This document shows positions 1 to 7,671 of a stretch of DNA of 12,739 bases, piece after piece. The notes beneath the pieces are model-generated. The model was not told where the DNA came from, ran no database searches, and saw only the letters and a list, made by a program, of their open reading frames with translations. The stretch lies in contig JBGANF010000187.1 of the NCBI GenBank assembly GCA_044222475.1, positions 1-12,739 of the forward strand, written 5' to 3'. A program made the translations under genes and the position numbers. Position 1 is the stretch's first letter; each line of letters starts with the position of its first letter. Source of the DNA: Polyangiaceae bacterium (GTDB taxonomy: Bacteria > Myxococcota_A > Polyangia > Polyangiales > Polyangiaceae).

Positions 1-436
1 CGATGTGCAGCGGTGCCTGGCGTTCGTCGCATGCTTCGTGGGCTGCGTGGAGTCCGTGGAGCGCGCCCACCATGATCGCGGACGCGACCTCGATCGGAAC
101 GTCGTGGCTGCCGCGGATCGCGGCAGCGAGGAGGCCTCCGAGCGACTCGCCGGGGATGTACTCCATCACGAGCAAGAGCTGCTTGTCGTCGTGGACGACG
201 TCGAGGATGTGCACGACGTTGGGGTGACGAATCCGCGCCGCCAGCCGAGCTTCGTCGATGAACATGTTCACGAAATCCGCTTCGCGCGCGAGGTCGGGGA
301 TCAATCGCTTGATCGCGACGACCCGCGAAAATCCGGAGTCTCCGGCCTGCAAGCCGAGGTGAACCACCGCCATTCCACCGGCGGCCACTTCGTCGTACAT
401 GCGGTAGCGGGATGCCGTCGGGAGACCGGAAGACAC
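1..436 (-). CDS. Hanks-type serine/threonine protein kinase, N-terminal part (runs off the left edge)
   Basis: Manual translation from GTG at 436 (alternative ATG at 400; in-frame stop at 464-466 upstream): VSSGLPTASRYRMYDEVAAGGMAVVHLG...VVAIKRL...FIDEARLAARIRHPNVVHILDV...LLLVMEYIPGESL...LHGLHAAHEA...PLHI. This gives the Gly-rich loop, VAIK lysine, helix-C Glu and HPN motif, and is cut just before the expected HRD. Confidence 0.93.
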   Translation of the reverse strand, partial: MSSGLPTASRYRMYDEVAAGGMAVVHLGLQAGDSGFSRVVAIKRLIPDLAREADFVNMFIDEARLAARIRHPNVVHILDVVHDDKQLLLVMEYIPGESLGGLLAAAIRGSHDVPIEVASAIMVGALHGLHAAHEACDERQAPLHI

Positions 437-465
437 GGAACCAAGCGTAGCGTATCCTGAAACTC
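437..465. promoter_or_regulatory. Putative bidirectional promoter with back-to-back -10 boxes
   Basis: TATCCT (+, 453-458) lies 7 nt before ATG 466. TACGCT (-, 449-444) lies 7 nt before GTG 436. There is no Shine-Dalgarno on either side. Confidence 0.55.
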
Positions 466-2001
466 ATGGGGAAACGGGCGGCGCTCCTGGGCGGTCTCCT
501 CGCGGTCACGGGCCTGCTCGTGGTCTCCGAGTCGTGCGTCGGCGACTCTCCGGCGGTGACGCCGGACGCGGGCGGCAACGACGCCGCTCCCGACACCGGT
601 TGCCCGACCGGGCAGACGACCTGCGGAGCGGCTTGCGTCGACCTCAAGACCGACAACGCCAACTGTGGGGGATGCGGCAAGCCCTGCACCGGAGCCGACA
701 AGTGCAGTGAAGGCGTCTGTGGCGGAGCAAAAGCCATCGCGATCGCGACTGGTGGCTACGCCGCGTACGCCGCGCTCGCATCGGGCAGCGTGTGGACGTG
801 GGGCTTCGGTGAGGACGCGCAACTCGGCGTTGCGCCGAGCGACCTCACGCAGGTGTGCTCTGGCTTCGGGCTGAGCAAGAAGTGCCGCGCCGCTCCGGCG
901 CCGATCGCCAACCTCACCGACGTGCAGAAGATCGCTGCATCGGTGAACACAGCGTGCGCTCTCAAACGCGACGCGACCGTGTGGTGCTGGGGCAACAACG
1001 CGGCCGGCCAGCTCGGCCACATCGCTGGAAGCAGCGGAGACATCCTCTGCGGCGCGACCGCGTGCAACCCGAAGCCGACCCAGGTCACCATCCCGGCCGC
1101 CTCTGCGATCGCCGTGGGTGAGAACAACGCCTGCGCCGTCGTCACGCCGTCGGGCGATCTCTACTGCTGGGGCAACGACGACTTCGGCCAAACCTCGGGC
1201 ACGCTCCCTGCCGCAAAGGGCGGGCGACTCGGTCCCACGAAGATTCCTCTTCCTCGCCCCGCGCAACAAGTGGCGGGCGGCTCGTCGTTCACGTGCGCCG
1301 TGCTCGACAACGGCAACGTCTGGTGTTGGGGCGCGAACGACATCGGCAACCTCGGTCACGCGGCGGGGACGGCGCCCGACCGCGCGCCCTGCCATGGCGA
1401 TGGCGGCGCAGGCATCCCTTGCGGACCCCCGAGCGTCGTCCGCGATGCGAACGCCGTCCCTTTCCCCGGCGTCGTCCCCGGAACGCTGCGCCTCGGGTCC
1501 GGCGTCGCATGCGCGGTTTCCGCCAACGACACGTTGTGGTGTTGGGGCAACAACGATAGCGGCCAGTTCGGCGCCACGACGCCGCCCGACAGCCCGTATC
1601 CGGTGAAGGTCCCCGGCAACTTCATCGCCGCGGACATCGGTGACTCGGTGTGCGGCGTGACTGCAGCGAGCGACGTGTACTGCTGGTCGGTCAACTTCCT
1701 GGGGGCGATCGGTCTGGGCTCGACGGCGCCGGGCGCCGCGTGCTCGTGGGACGCGTTCTACCACTGTCTCACCCCACCGACGATCCTGCCGAACCTCAAG
1801 GCGCGGCGCGTCGCGCTCGGCGCTTCGTTCGCGCTCGCGCTCACCGGCGAAGGGCGCGTGTGGGGATGGGGCATGAACCACTTCGGCCAGGCGGGGCACC
1901 CGCCGGGAACGAACGGCGACGTGACGAACACCACCAAGTCGGGAAACCCGGGGCCCGTGGCGATGTCGCCGCTCGAGGTCCAAGGTCTGCCGATTCCGTG
2001 A
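466..2001 (+). CDS. Secreted protein or lipoprotein with a Cys-rich module and RCC1/BLIP-II-type beta-propeller repeats
   Basis: Signal peptide ending VVSESC, then a Cys-rich module (CPTGQTTCGAACVDLKTDNANCGGCGKPC...CSEGVC). Repeated CA-x5-6-(V/L)(W/Y)CWG-x-N-x2-GQ(L/F)G blades follow (VWTWGFGEDAQLG, VWCWGNNAAGQLG, LYCWGNDDFGQT, VWCWGANDIGNLG, LWCWGNNDSGQFG, VYCWSVNFLGAIG, VWGWGMNHFGQAG). Confidence 0.88.
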   Translation: MGKRAALLGGLLAVTGLLVVSESCVGDSPAVTPDAGGNDAAPDTGCPTGQTTCGAACVDLKTDNANCGGCGKPCTGADKCSEGVCGGAKAIAIATGGYAAYAALASGSVWTWGFGEDAQLGVAPSDLTQVCSGFGLSKKCRAAPAPIANLTDVQKIAASVNTACALKRDATVWCWGNNAAGQLGHIAGSSGDILCGATACNPKPTQVTIPAASAIAVGENNACAVVTPSGDLYCWGNDDFGQTSGTLPAAKGGRLGPTKIPLPRPAQQVAGGSSFTCAVLDNGNVWCWGANDIGNLGHAAGTAPDRAPCHGDGGAGIPCGPPSVVRDANAVPFPGVVPGTLRLGSGVACAVSANDTLWCWGNNDSGQFGATTPPDSPYPVKVPGNFIAADIGDSVCGVTAASDVYCWSVNFLGAIGLGSTAPGAACSWDAFYHCLTPPTILPNLKARRVALGASFALALTGEGRVWGWGMNHFGQAGHPPGTNGDVTNTTKSGNPGPVAMSPLEVQGLPIP

Positions 2002-2004
2002 CCC

Positions 2005-4452
2005 TCAGTAGCTCGCTTCGACCCCGATGCTCGGGATCGCCACCGGACCGAGGTACTGGATCTCGTCGCAGTTCTGGATGAGCTGCAGAGGATTGCCGTT
2101 GCTCGGGCACGTCGCGGCGAACGCCTCGCGGTTGAACGTCATGTTCAGGCCCTCGACGACGAACGAGATCCGCCCGCGCTCGCCGAGCTTCCACTGCTTC
2201 TCGACGCGAAGGTCGATGCGCCAGAACGGCGGGAGGCGATCGACGTTGTACGGCGGGATCGGAACGCCCTGGATGTGCTTCGAGGTGTAGGGTCTCCCCG
2301 AGTAGAGGTAGAAGCGCGCACCGAACCGCCATCCGCGCCCGAGGTCGACCGCGCCGACGAGGTTGAAGACGTGCGTGCGATCGAACTCGGAGAGGACCTC
2401 TCCTTGTTTGTACGCCGCGAGCGACTCTCCCGGGATCGGGACGCCGTTGACCTGCGGTCCGTTGGTGCCGCGCGTCGAGCGCGACAGCGTGTACGAGATC
2501 CAGCCGGTGATTCGCTTCGTGAGATCGCGCCGCAACAGAAGCTCGCCGCCGAAGCCTCGACCGCGAACGCGATCGGTGATGCAGCTGTCGGCTCGGTTGC
2601 CGTCCGCGGTGATGCACGTCGCGAACTGGTCGGTCAGGTTGAAGTAGTTCTGGACGAAGCCGGTCAGGTTGAGCGTGAACTCGAGCGGGAGCTTCATCTC
2701 GATCCCTTGGCTCGCTTGCAGCGAGCTCTGGAGACCGTCTGCCAACGTGCCGATGTCGAGGCCGGGCACCGGGATCGCAGTGCTCGGCGGTTGATGCGCG
2801 ACGCCGAACGTCGTCAGGAGCGACAGGTTCTTCGTCACGGTGATGCGGGACGCAGCGCGCGGATCCACCGATACGGTTCCGGCCGCGCCCGAGTTCTTGA
2901 ACGGCCCGAGCGCGAACTTCGGCGTGGTGCTGAAGTAGTCGAAGCGAATCCCCGGGATGACTTCGATCTTCGGGTGAACGCGCCAGATCACGTCGCCGCG
3001 GACCGCGAAGTTCACGTCGGTCTTGGTCGGGAACGAGATCTGCTCTTCGCTGCCGTCCGCGATCTGACGGCCCGCCTCGACGTTGTAGCTCGAGAACCAC
3101 ACGTCGGCGCCGACGCGCAGCTTCACGTTGCTGGCGAGGCGCTGCTCGTACTCCGTTCGTCCTGCGACGATCTGGGCGATGACTTGGCTCCGACCGTCCT
3201 TCTGACCGACCAACGAGTTGTCGAACCCGACCGTGAAGGCCGTGCGGACGTTCCCGGCCCCGCCGATGCGATGGTCCCACCGCAGATCGAAGCGATGGAA
3301 CATCGTGCGAAACAAGGGGTAGAACTCTCCGACCTGCTCGCCGATGCGGCCGGTGTTGTCGTAGATGCCGTCGCGCTCGCGCTGGAGGATCTCGTCGAAC
3401 GATCCGAACGCGAACAGCGAGATCGTGTCGCGATCGGTGAGGCGATAGCCGAAGCGTCCCTGGTAGTCCCAGTAGCTCACGCGCGTGTCGGGCGCGAAGA
3501 CCGAGAGGAGCAAACCGGGATACCCGAAGCGCCCACCGACGAGCGCCTCGCCTCGGTTCCCGGGTCCGAACGGCGTCTGCGCGAGCAGCCCGGCGTCGAA
3601 GATGCGCAGGTTCCCCTCGACCTTGAACTTGTCCGACGGTCCGGTGGTCTCCCCCGACAGGATGCCGCCGGCGAAGCGACCGAAGCGCGCCGGATACCCA
3701 CCGGGGAAAAAGTCGACGTGATCGATCAACCCCGGATGAATCACCGCCGGGCCGACCGCGAGGTGAAACAACAACGGGACGCGGATGCCGTCGATGAAGT
3801 ATCCGGTGTTGCCCGGTGGGGCGCCGCGCACGAAGAAGAACGGCAGGCCGCTCGCGAGCGGCGTGACGCCGGGCAGCGCTTCGAGCGCGCGAAACGCGTC
3901 ACCGAACGCGCCCGGGATCTGACGGACCTCGGCCCCGCCGAGCGAGAGCTGGCCGACCTCTTTGCGTTTGCCGAAGACGGTGACGTCTTCGATGTCGTCT
4001 TCGATCTTTCCGACCGACACCGCCTTGGGGCCTGCGTCGACTGGAGCACCTGCGTCTCCCGCGTCGGTCGCGCCGGCGTCCTCCGGCGGGATCACGACCG
4101 GCGGATGAAACGAGATCTTCATGCGGATGCGCGCCGTCACTGGGACGTCGCCTCGGCGCGCCGGCTCGAACGTGAACTTCGTGGCCACGCCGAGGACCGC
4201 GGCCGCGAAGGGCTCCGGCCCGTCGATGATCTTCGCGTCCTTGACCGCGCCGGCCGTGTCGACGACGAGCTCGACGATGACTTCGGCGTCGCCCTTCGCG
4301 CCGTCGGGATACGGCACGCTCCCGGCGTCGATGGCCTTCGGAGCGACCAGAATCTGCACGGGCGCACCCGCGTCGTCGGCCCGACTCGGGACGGCGAACG
4401 CGAACGCCAGCGCGAAGCACGCGAGCGCTACGAGGAAGACGCCAAACCGCAC
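2005..4452 (-). CDS. TonB-dependent receptor with N-terminal fused TonB C-terminal domain
   Basis: Start reassigned to GTG 4452, 4 nt after the M20 stop, with GAGGAG upstream. Signal peptide, TonB_C-like segment (PYPDGA...VIVELVVDTAGAVKDAKII...FTFEPARRGDVPV), plug (EVRQIPGAFGDAFRALEALPGV...FVRG...FIDGIRVPLLFH...PGGYPARFGRFAGG), barrel motifs (GWISYTLSRSTR, FDRTHVFN, RIDLRVEK) and a terminal aromatic residue (GVEASY). Confidence 0.92.
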   Translation of the reverse strand: MRFGVFLVALACFALAFAFAVPSRADDAGAPVQILVAPKAIDAGSVPYPDGAKGDAEVIVELVVDTAGAVKDAKIIDGPEPFAAAVLGVATKFTFEPARRGDVPVTARIRMKISFHPPVVIPPEDAGATDAGDAGAPVDAGPKAVSVGKIEDDIEDVTVFGKRKEVGQLSLGGAEVRQIPGAFGDAFRALEALPGVTPLASGLPFFFVRGAPPGNTGYFIDGIRVPLLFHLAVGPAVIHPGLIDHVDFFPGGYPARFGRFAGGILSGETTGPSDKFKVEGNLRIFDAGLLAQTPFGPGNRGEALVGGRFGYPGLLLSVFAPDTRVSYWDYQGRFGYRLTDRDTISLFAFGSFDEILQRERDGIYDNTGRIGEQVGEFYPLFRTMFHRFDLRWDHRIGGAGNVRTAFTVGFDNSLVGQKDGRSQVIAQIVAGRTEYEQRLASNVKLRVGADVWFSSYNVEAGRQIADGSEEQISFPTKTDVNFAVRGDVIWRVHPKIEVIPGIRFDYFSTTPKFALGPFKNSGAAGTVSVDPRAASRITVTKNLSLLTTFGVAHQPPSTAIPVPGLDIGTLADGLQSSLQASQGIEMKLPLEFTLNLTGFVQNYFNLTDQFATCITADGNRADSCITDRVRGRGFGGELLLRRDLTKRITGWISYTLSRSTRGTNGPQVNGVPIPGESLAAYKQGEVLSEFDRTHVFNLVGAVDLGRGWRFGARFYLYSGRPYTSKHIQGVPIPPYNVDRLPPFWRIDLRVEKQWKLGERGRISFVVEGLNMTFNREAFAATCPSNGNPLQLIQNCDEIQYLGPVAIPSIGVEASY

Positions 4453-4456
4453 CCCC

Positions 4457-5638
4457 TCACTTCTCCTCGAACTCCGCCCGCAGGGCCGCGCGCAGATCGC
4501 GGTCGGCCAAGACACGGAGCGCGGTCTTCGCCATGGTGCGCGCCGCCATCATCGCCGTGCCGAGCCCGCGCTCGCTCGCCGCCGCTGCCACGAAGCTGTG
4601 ATCGTGGATCTGCGCGGAGCCTTCGTCGACGACGGCGAGGTACGGGTGAATGCTCGGGACGACGTGCGACACGTCACCCATGTCGGTGCTGCCGGCGCCG
4701 ACGCGCGGATCGCGCTCTTTCGCCGGGCGCCCCTGAGCCGCGAGCTCGGCGCCGAACGCGCGCGCGAGTGCCATGTTGTTGCGCATGTCGCGGTAGCCCT
4801 CGCGGACCTTCACGTCGACGGTGACGTCGCTCGCCATCGCGGCGGCTCGAGCGCAGCGCTCGACGATGGCGCGGACGCGCTGGAGCTCCGCCGTGTCGGC
4901 GGCGCGCACCGAGAGCTCGCACGCTGCGTGCTCGGCGATGATGTTCACCGCTTGGCCGCCGTTCGTCACGAAGCCGTGCACGCGCACGCCGTCCTTGAAG
5001 TGCACGCGCTGCCCGTCGACGAGGTGGAACGTGTCCATGCACGCGGTGAGCGCGCTGCGCCCCATGTGAGGCGCGGCGGCAGCGTGGGCTGGTTGTCCCT
5101 TGAAGGTACAAGCGAGCCACAGCGACGCGAGCGCCGGGTGCGCGAGCATGTCCCGATCGAACGGATGAAACATCATCGCCGCGTCGAGGCCCGCGAACGC
5201 ACCGGCCTCGATGAGCCGAATCTTCCCGCCGCCTCCCTCCTCGGCCGGGGTCCCGAGGAGCACGACCTCGCCGCCGACCTCTTCGGCGAGCGGAGCGGCG
5301 GCGACGAACGCCCCCACCGCGCCGGCGGCGATCAGGTTGTGACCGCACGCGTGGCCGATCTCGGGCAGGGCGTCGTACTCGGCGAGGACTGCGACCCGCG
5401 GGCCGCCTTTCTTCCCGGCGCTCGCGCGGAACGCGGTGGCGAGCCCGCCGAGCTTGCGCTCGACCGCGAAGCCGCGCGCCTCGAGGTAGTCGCAGATCCA
5501 GGCGGTCGCCTTGTGCTCCTCGTACCGGAGCTCGGGGCTGCCGTGGATGTCGAGCGAGAGCTTCGTGAGCGCGCTCGCCTCCTTGGCCACGGTCTCGTCG
5601 ACGCGTGCCGAGAGCTTGTGATCCAGCCGATCCGTCAT
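4457..5638 (-). CDS. M20 family metallo-amidohydrolase (ACY1L2/PM20D2/AbgB-like)
   Basis: [54 protein letters not shown] and [17 protein letters not shown] motifs typical of this M20 subfamily. Confidence 0.93.
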   Translation of the reverse strand: MTDRLDHKLSARVDETVAKEASALTKLSLDIHGSPELRYEEHKATAWICDYLEARGFAVERKLGGLATAFRASAGKKGGPRVAVLAEYDALPEIGHACGHNLIAAGAVGAFVAAAPLAEEVGGEVVLLGTPAEEGGGGKIRLIEAGAFAGLDAAMMFHPFDRDMLAHPALASLWLACTFKGQPAHAAAAPHMGRSALTACMDTFHLVDGQRVHFKDGVRVHGFVTNGGQAVNIIAEHAACELSVRAADTAELQRVRAIVERCARAAAMASDVTVDVKVREGYRDMRNNMALARAFGAELAAQGRPAKERDPRVGAGSTDMGDVSHVVPSIHPYLAVVDEGSAQIHDHSFVAAAASERGLGTAMMAARTMAKTALRVLADRDLRAALRAEFEEK

Positions 5639-5646
5639 GGGGCGGC

Positions 5647-5652
5647 ATCCTA
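5647..5652 (-). promoter_or_regulatory. Putative -10 box (TAGGAT) for a leaderless M20 transcript
   Basis: TAGGAT on the minus strand, 8 nt before ATG 5638, with no SD in between. Confidence 0.4.
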
Positions 5653-5709
5653 CCGCGGGAACCTGAGCGATTCCCGAGCAAAGCGGCCCCCTCCCGCATC
5701 CGAGAATTC

Positions 5710-6099
5710 ATGGAAAATCGAGTGGAAGTCTACTTCGACGGGGAATGCCCTCTCTGCCGTCGCGAGGTCGACATGCTCCGCCGTCTCGATCGGCGGCAGG
5801 CGATCCGGTTCACGGACATCGCGGCGCCCGATTTCGATCCCCAGCCGGTCGGCGTCGACCATGCGACCCTGATGGCGCGCGTCCACGGCCGAAGGGCGAA
5901 CGGCGAGCTGATCGAGGGCGTCGAGGTGTTCCGCGAGCTCTACGCGGCGGTCGGATTCCGCCGTCTGGTGGCGCTGAGCCGCCTCCCGGTTATCGCCCAA
6001 CTCTTGGACCTCGGGTATCACCTCTTCGCCAAGAACCGGCTGCGCTTGACGGGTCGCTGCGAAGGCGATGTTTGCGAGCGACCCGCCGCGACCGCGTAG
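5710..6099 (+). CDS. DCC1-like (DUF393) thiol-disulfide oxidoreductase family protein
   Basis: Start at ATG 5710 ([20 protein letters not shown]), which avoids overlap with the M20 gene. DxxCxxC motif, [24 protein letters not shown] and a C-terminal Cys pair. Confidence 0.9.
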   Translation: MENRVEVYFDGECPLCRREVDMLRRLDRRQAIRFTDIAAPDFDPQPVGVDHATLMARVHGRRANGELIEGVEVFRELYAAVGFRRLVALSRLPVIAQLLDLGYHLFAKNRLRLTGRCEGDVCERPAATA

Positions 6100-6115
6100 T
6101 GCTAGATCTCCTGCC

Positions 6116-7225
6116 ATGCGTCCGCGCATGGGAGCAGCTTTGATTTCGGCCGTCGCCGTGTTCGTCCTCGCCGGATGCCCAGATCGCGCGCCCGAGAAGG
6201 CCAAGAGCGACGTTCCGTCGTCCGCCGCCTCGACCACGGCCGCGGCTCCCTTCACGCCGGCGAAGATCACCGCCGAAGCGCAGGCGATGGGGACGCACCT
6301 CGCGTTCGCCGCCTACACCGAGCCCGGCGTCGACGAGGCGACCATCAAGAAGGCGTTCGACGATGCCATCGCCGAGATCCGCCGCCTCGAGACGCTGATG
6401 ACGACGTGGAAGCCCGACAGCGAGATCTCGCGCGTCAACGCGGCGGCCGGCAAGACGCCAGTCAAGGTCAGCGACGAAACGTGGGACGTCGTCCAGGAGT
6501 CGCTGCACGCGGGCGACATCTCCAAGGGCACGTTCGACATCACCTTCGAGAGCCTGCACGGTCTGTGGAAGTTCGACCAAGACCTCGACCCGCATCCGCC
6601 GACCGACGATCAGGTCAAGGCGAAGCTCGGGAACGTCGGCTACAAGCACGTCAAGCTCGACGCGGCAGCGAAGACGATCTTCATCGATCACGCCGGCACG
6701 CAGATCGGCCTCGGCGGGATCGCGAAGGGCTACGCGGTGGACAAGGCCGCGGCGATCCTCGACAAGGCCAAGATCAAGTCGTTCTACGTCCAGGCCGGCG
6801 GCGATCTCTTCACGCGGGGAAAGAAGCCCGACGGCACCGACTGGCAGACCGGTATCCGCGATCCGCGGGGCGGCGAGAAGGACTTCTTCGCGCTCGTCCC
6901 CGTTTCGGATCACGCGTTCTCGACCGCAGGTGACTACGAGCGGTCCTACATCGTGGACGGCAAGCGCTACCACCACATCATCGATCCGCGGACCGGCTAC
7001 CCGGCGACCGCGTCCCGCAGCGTCACCATCTGGGCGCCGACCGCGCTCCTCGCCGACGAGATCGACGACGCGGTGTTCATCCTCGGTCCCAAAGAGGGAC
7101 TCGAGCTCGTCGAGTCGATCGACGGCGTCGGGGCGGTGATCGTGGACGCGAAGAACAACCTCTGGGTCTCGAAGCGCCTGGAGGGGAAGCTCCACATCAC
7201 CGGGGTGCCGACCGGCGGAATCTGA
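6116..7225 (+). CDS. apbE: FAD:protein FMN transferase (ApbE family lipoprotein)
   Basis: Start at ATG 6116 (or 6128), lipobox LAGC, then AMGT, SEISRVN, GTFDIT, LGGIAKGYAVD, AGGDL, STAGDYER, YHHIIDPRTGYP, SVTI and ALLAD motifs. Confidence 0.95.
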   Translation: MRPRMGAALISAVAVFVLAGCPDRAPEKAKSDVPSSAASTTAAAPFTPAKITAEAQAMGTHLAFAAYTEPGVDEATIKKAFDDAIAEIRRLETLMTTWKPDSEISRVNAAAGKTPVKVSDETWDVVQESLHAGDISKGTFDITFESLHGLWKFDQDLDPHPPTDDQVKAKLGNVGYKHVKLDAAAKTIFIDHAGTQIGLGGIAKGYAVDKAAAILDKAKIKSFYVQAGGDLFTRGKKPDGTDWQTGIRDPRGGEKDFFALVPVSDHAFSTAGDYERSYIVDGKRYHHIIDPRTGYPATASRSVTIWAPTALLADEIDDAVFILGPKEGLELVESIDGVGAVIVDAKNNLWVSKRLEGKLHITGVPTGGI

Positions 7226-7271
7226 CGAATTGACCATCGATCGCAGCCCGTCTTTGCGACACGATGGGACG

Positions 7272-7670
7272 ATGAACCCCCGTCATGCGATCGTGCTCGC
7301 TTCGGCCCTCGCGCTCGCTACGAGGGTCGGTCACGCCGAGGAAGCGCCGGCGCAGGCCTTCGCCGAACCGCCGACGAAGATGCACAGCCCCGGCTTGATG
7401 GCCGGCGGGATCGTGCTCACGACGCTGGGCGCGATCCAGACCGGCATCGCGACCGGCATCTTCATCGAGGCGTCCCGATCCCGCAGCGAGTACTCGGGGA
7501 TCTTCACCGTCTTCATCGGTGTGCCGCTCTTCGTGAACGGCATCGGTGGGCTCGCGGGCGGAATCCCGATGATCGTCATCGGAGCGAAGTCGATCCCCGA
7601 CACGTCGCCGCGCGCACAGCTGTCCTTCGTCCCGCAGATGGGCGGTGGAGCGCTGAGGCTGACGTTCTAG
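7272..7670 (+). CDS. Hypothetical exported/membrane protein
   Basis: ATG 7272, signal peptide (AIVLASALALATRVGHA|EE), two Gly-rich hydrophobic segments and C-terminus GGGALRLTF. Codon style matches the neighbours. Confidence 0.7.
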   Translation: MNPRHAIVLASALALATRVGHAEEAPAQAFAEPPTKMHSPGLMAGGIVLTTLGAIQTGIATGIFIEASRSRSEYSGIFTVFIGVPLFVNGIGGLAGGIPMIVIGAKSIPDTSPRAQLSFVPQMGGGALRLTF

Positions 7671-7671
7671 G

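Noticed and set aside
5..1983. ORFs 5..460 (+) and 301..1983 (-)
   Set aside because: Antisense shadows of the kinase and RCC1 genes.
2275..4824. 849-aa plus-strand ORF (also 1841..3280, 4121..5872 and 4674..5711)
   Set aside because: Antisense or alternate-frame shadows of the receptor and M20 genes caused by high-GC codon bias, with no recognisable motifs.
4453..6115. Extended ORF-track starts at 4515, 5605 and 6068
   Set aside because: They overlap neighbouring genes. Starts at 4452, 5710 and 6116 place the signal peptide or DxxCxxC motif at the N-terminus.
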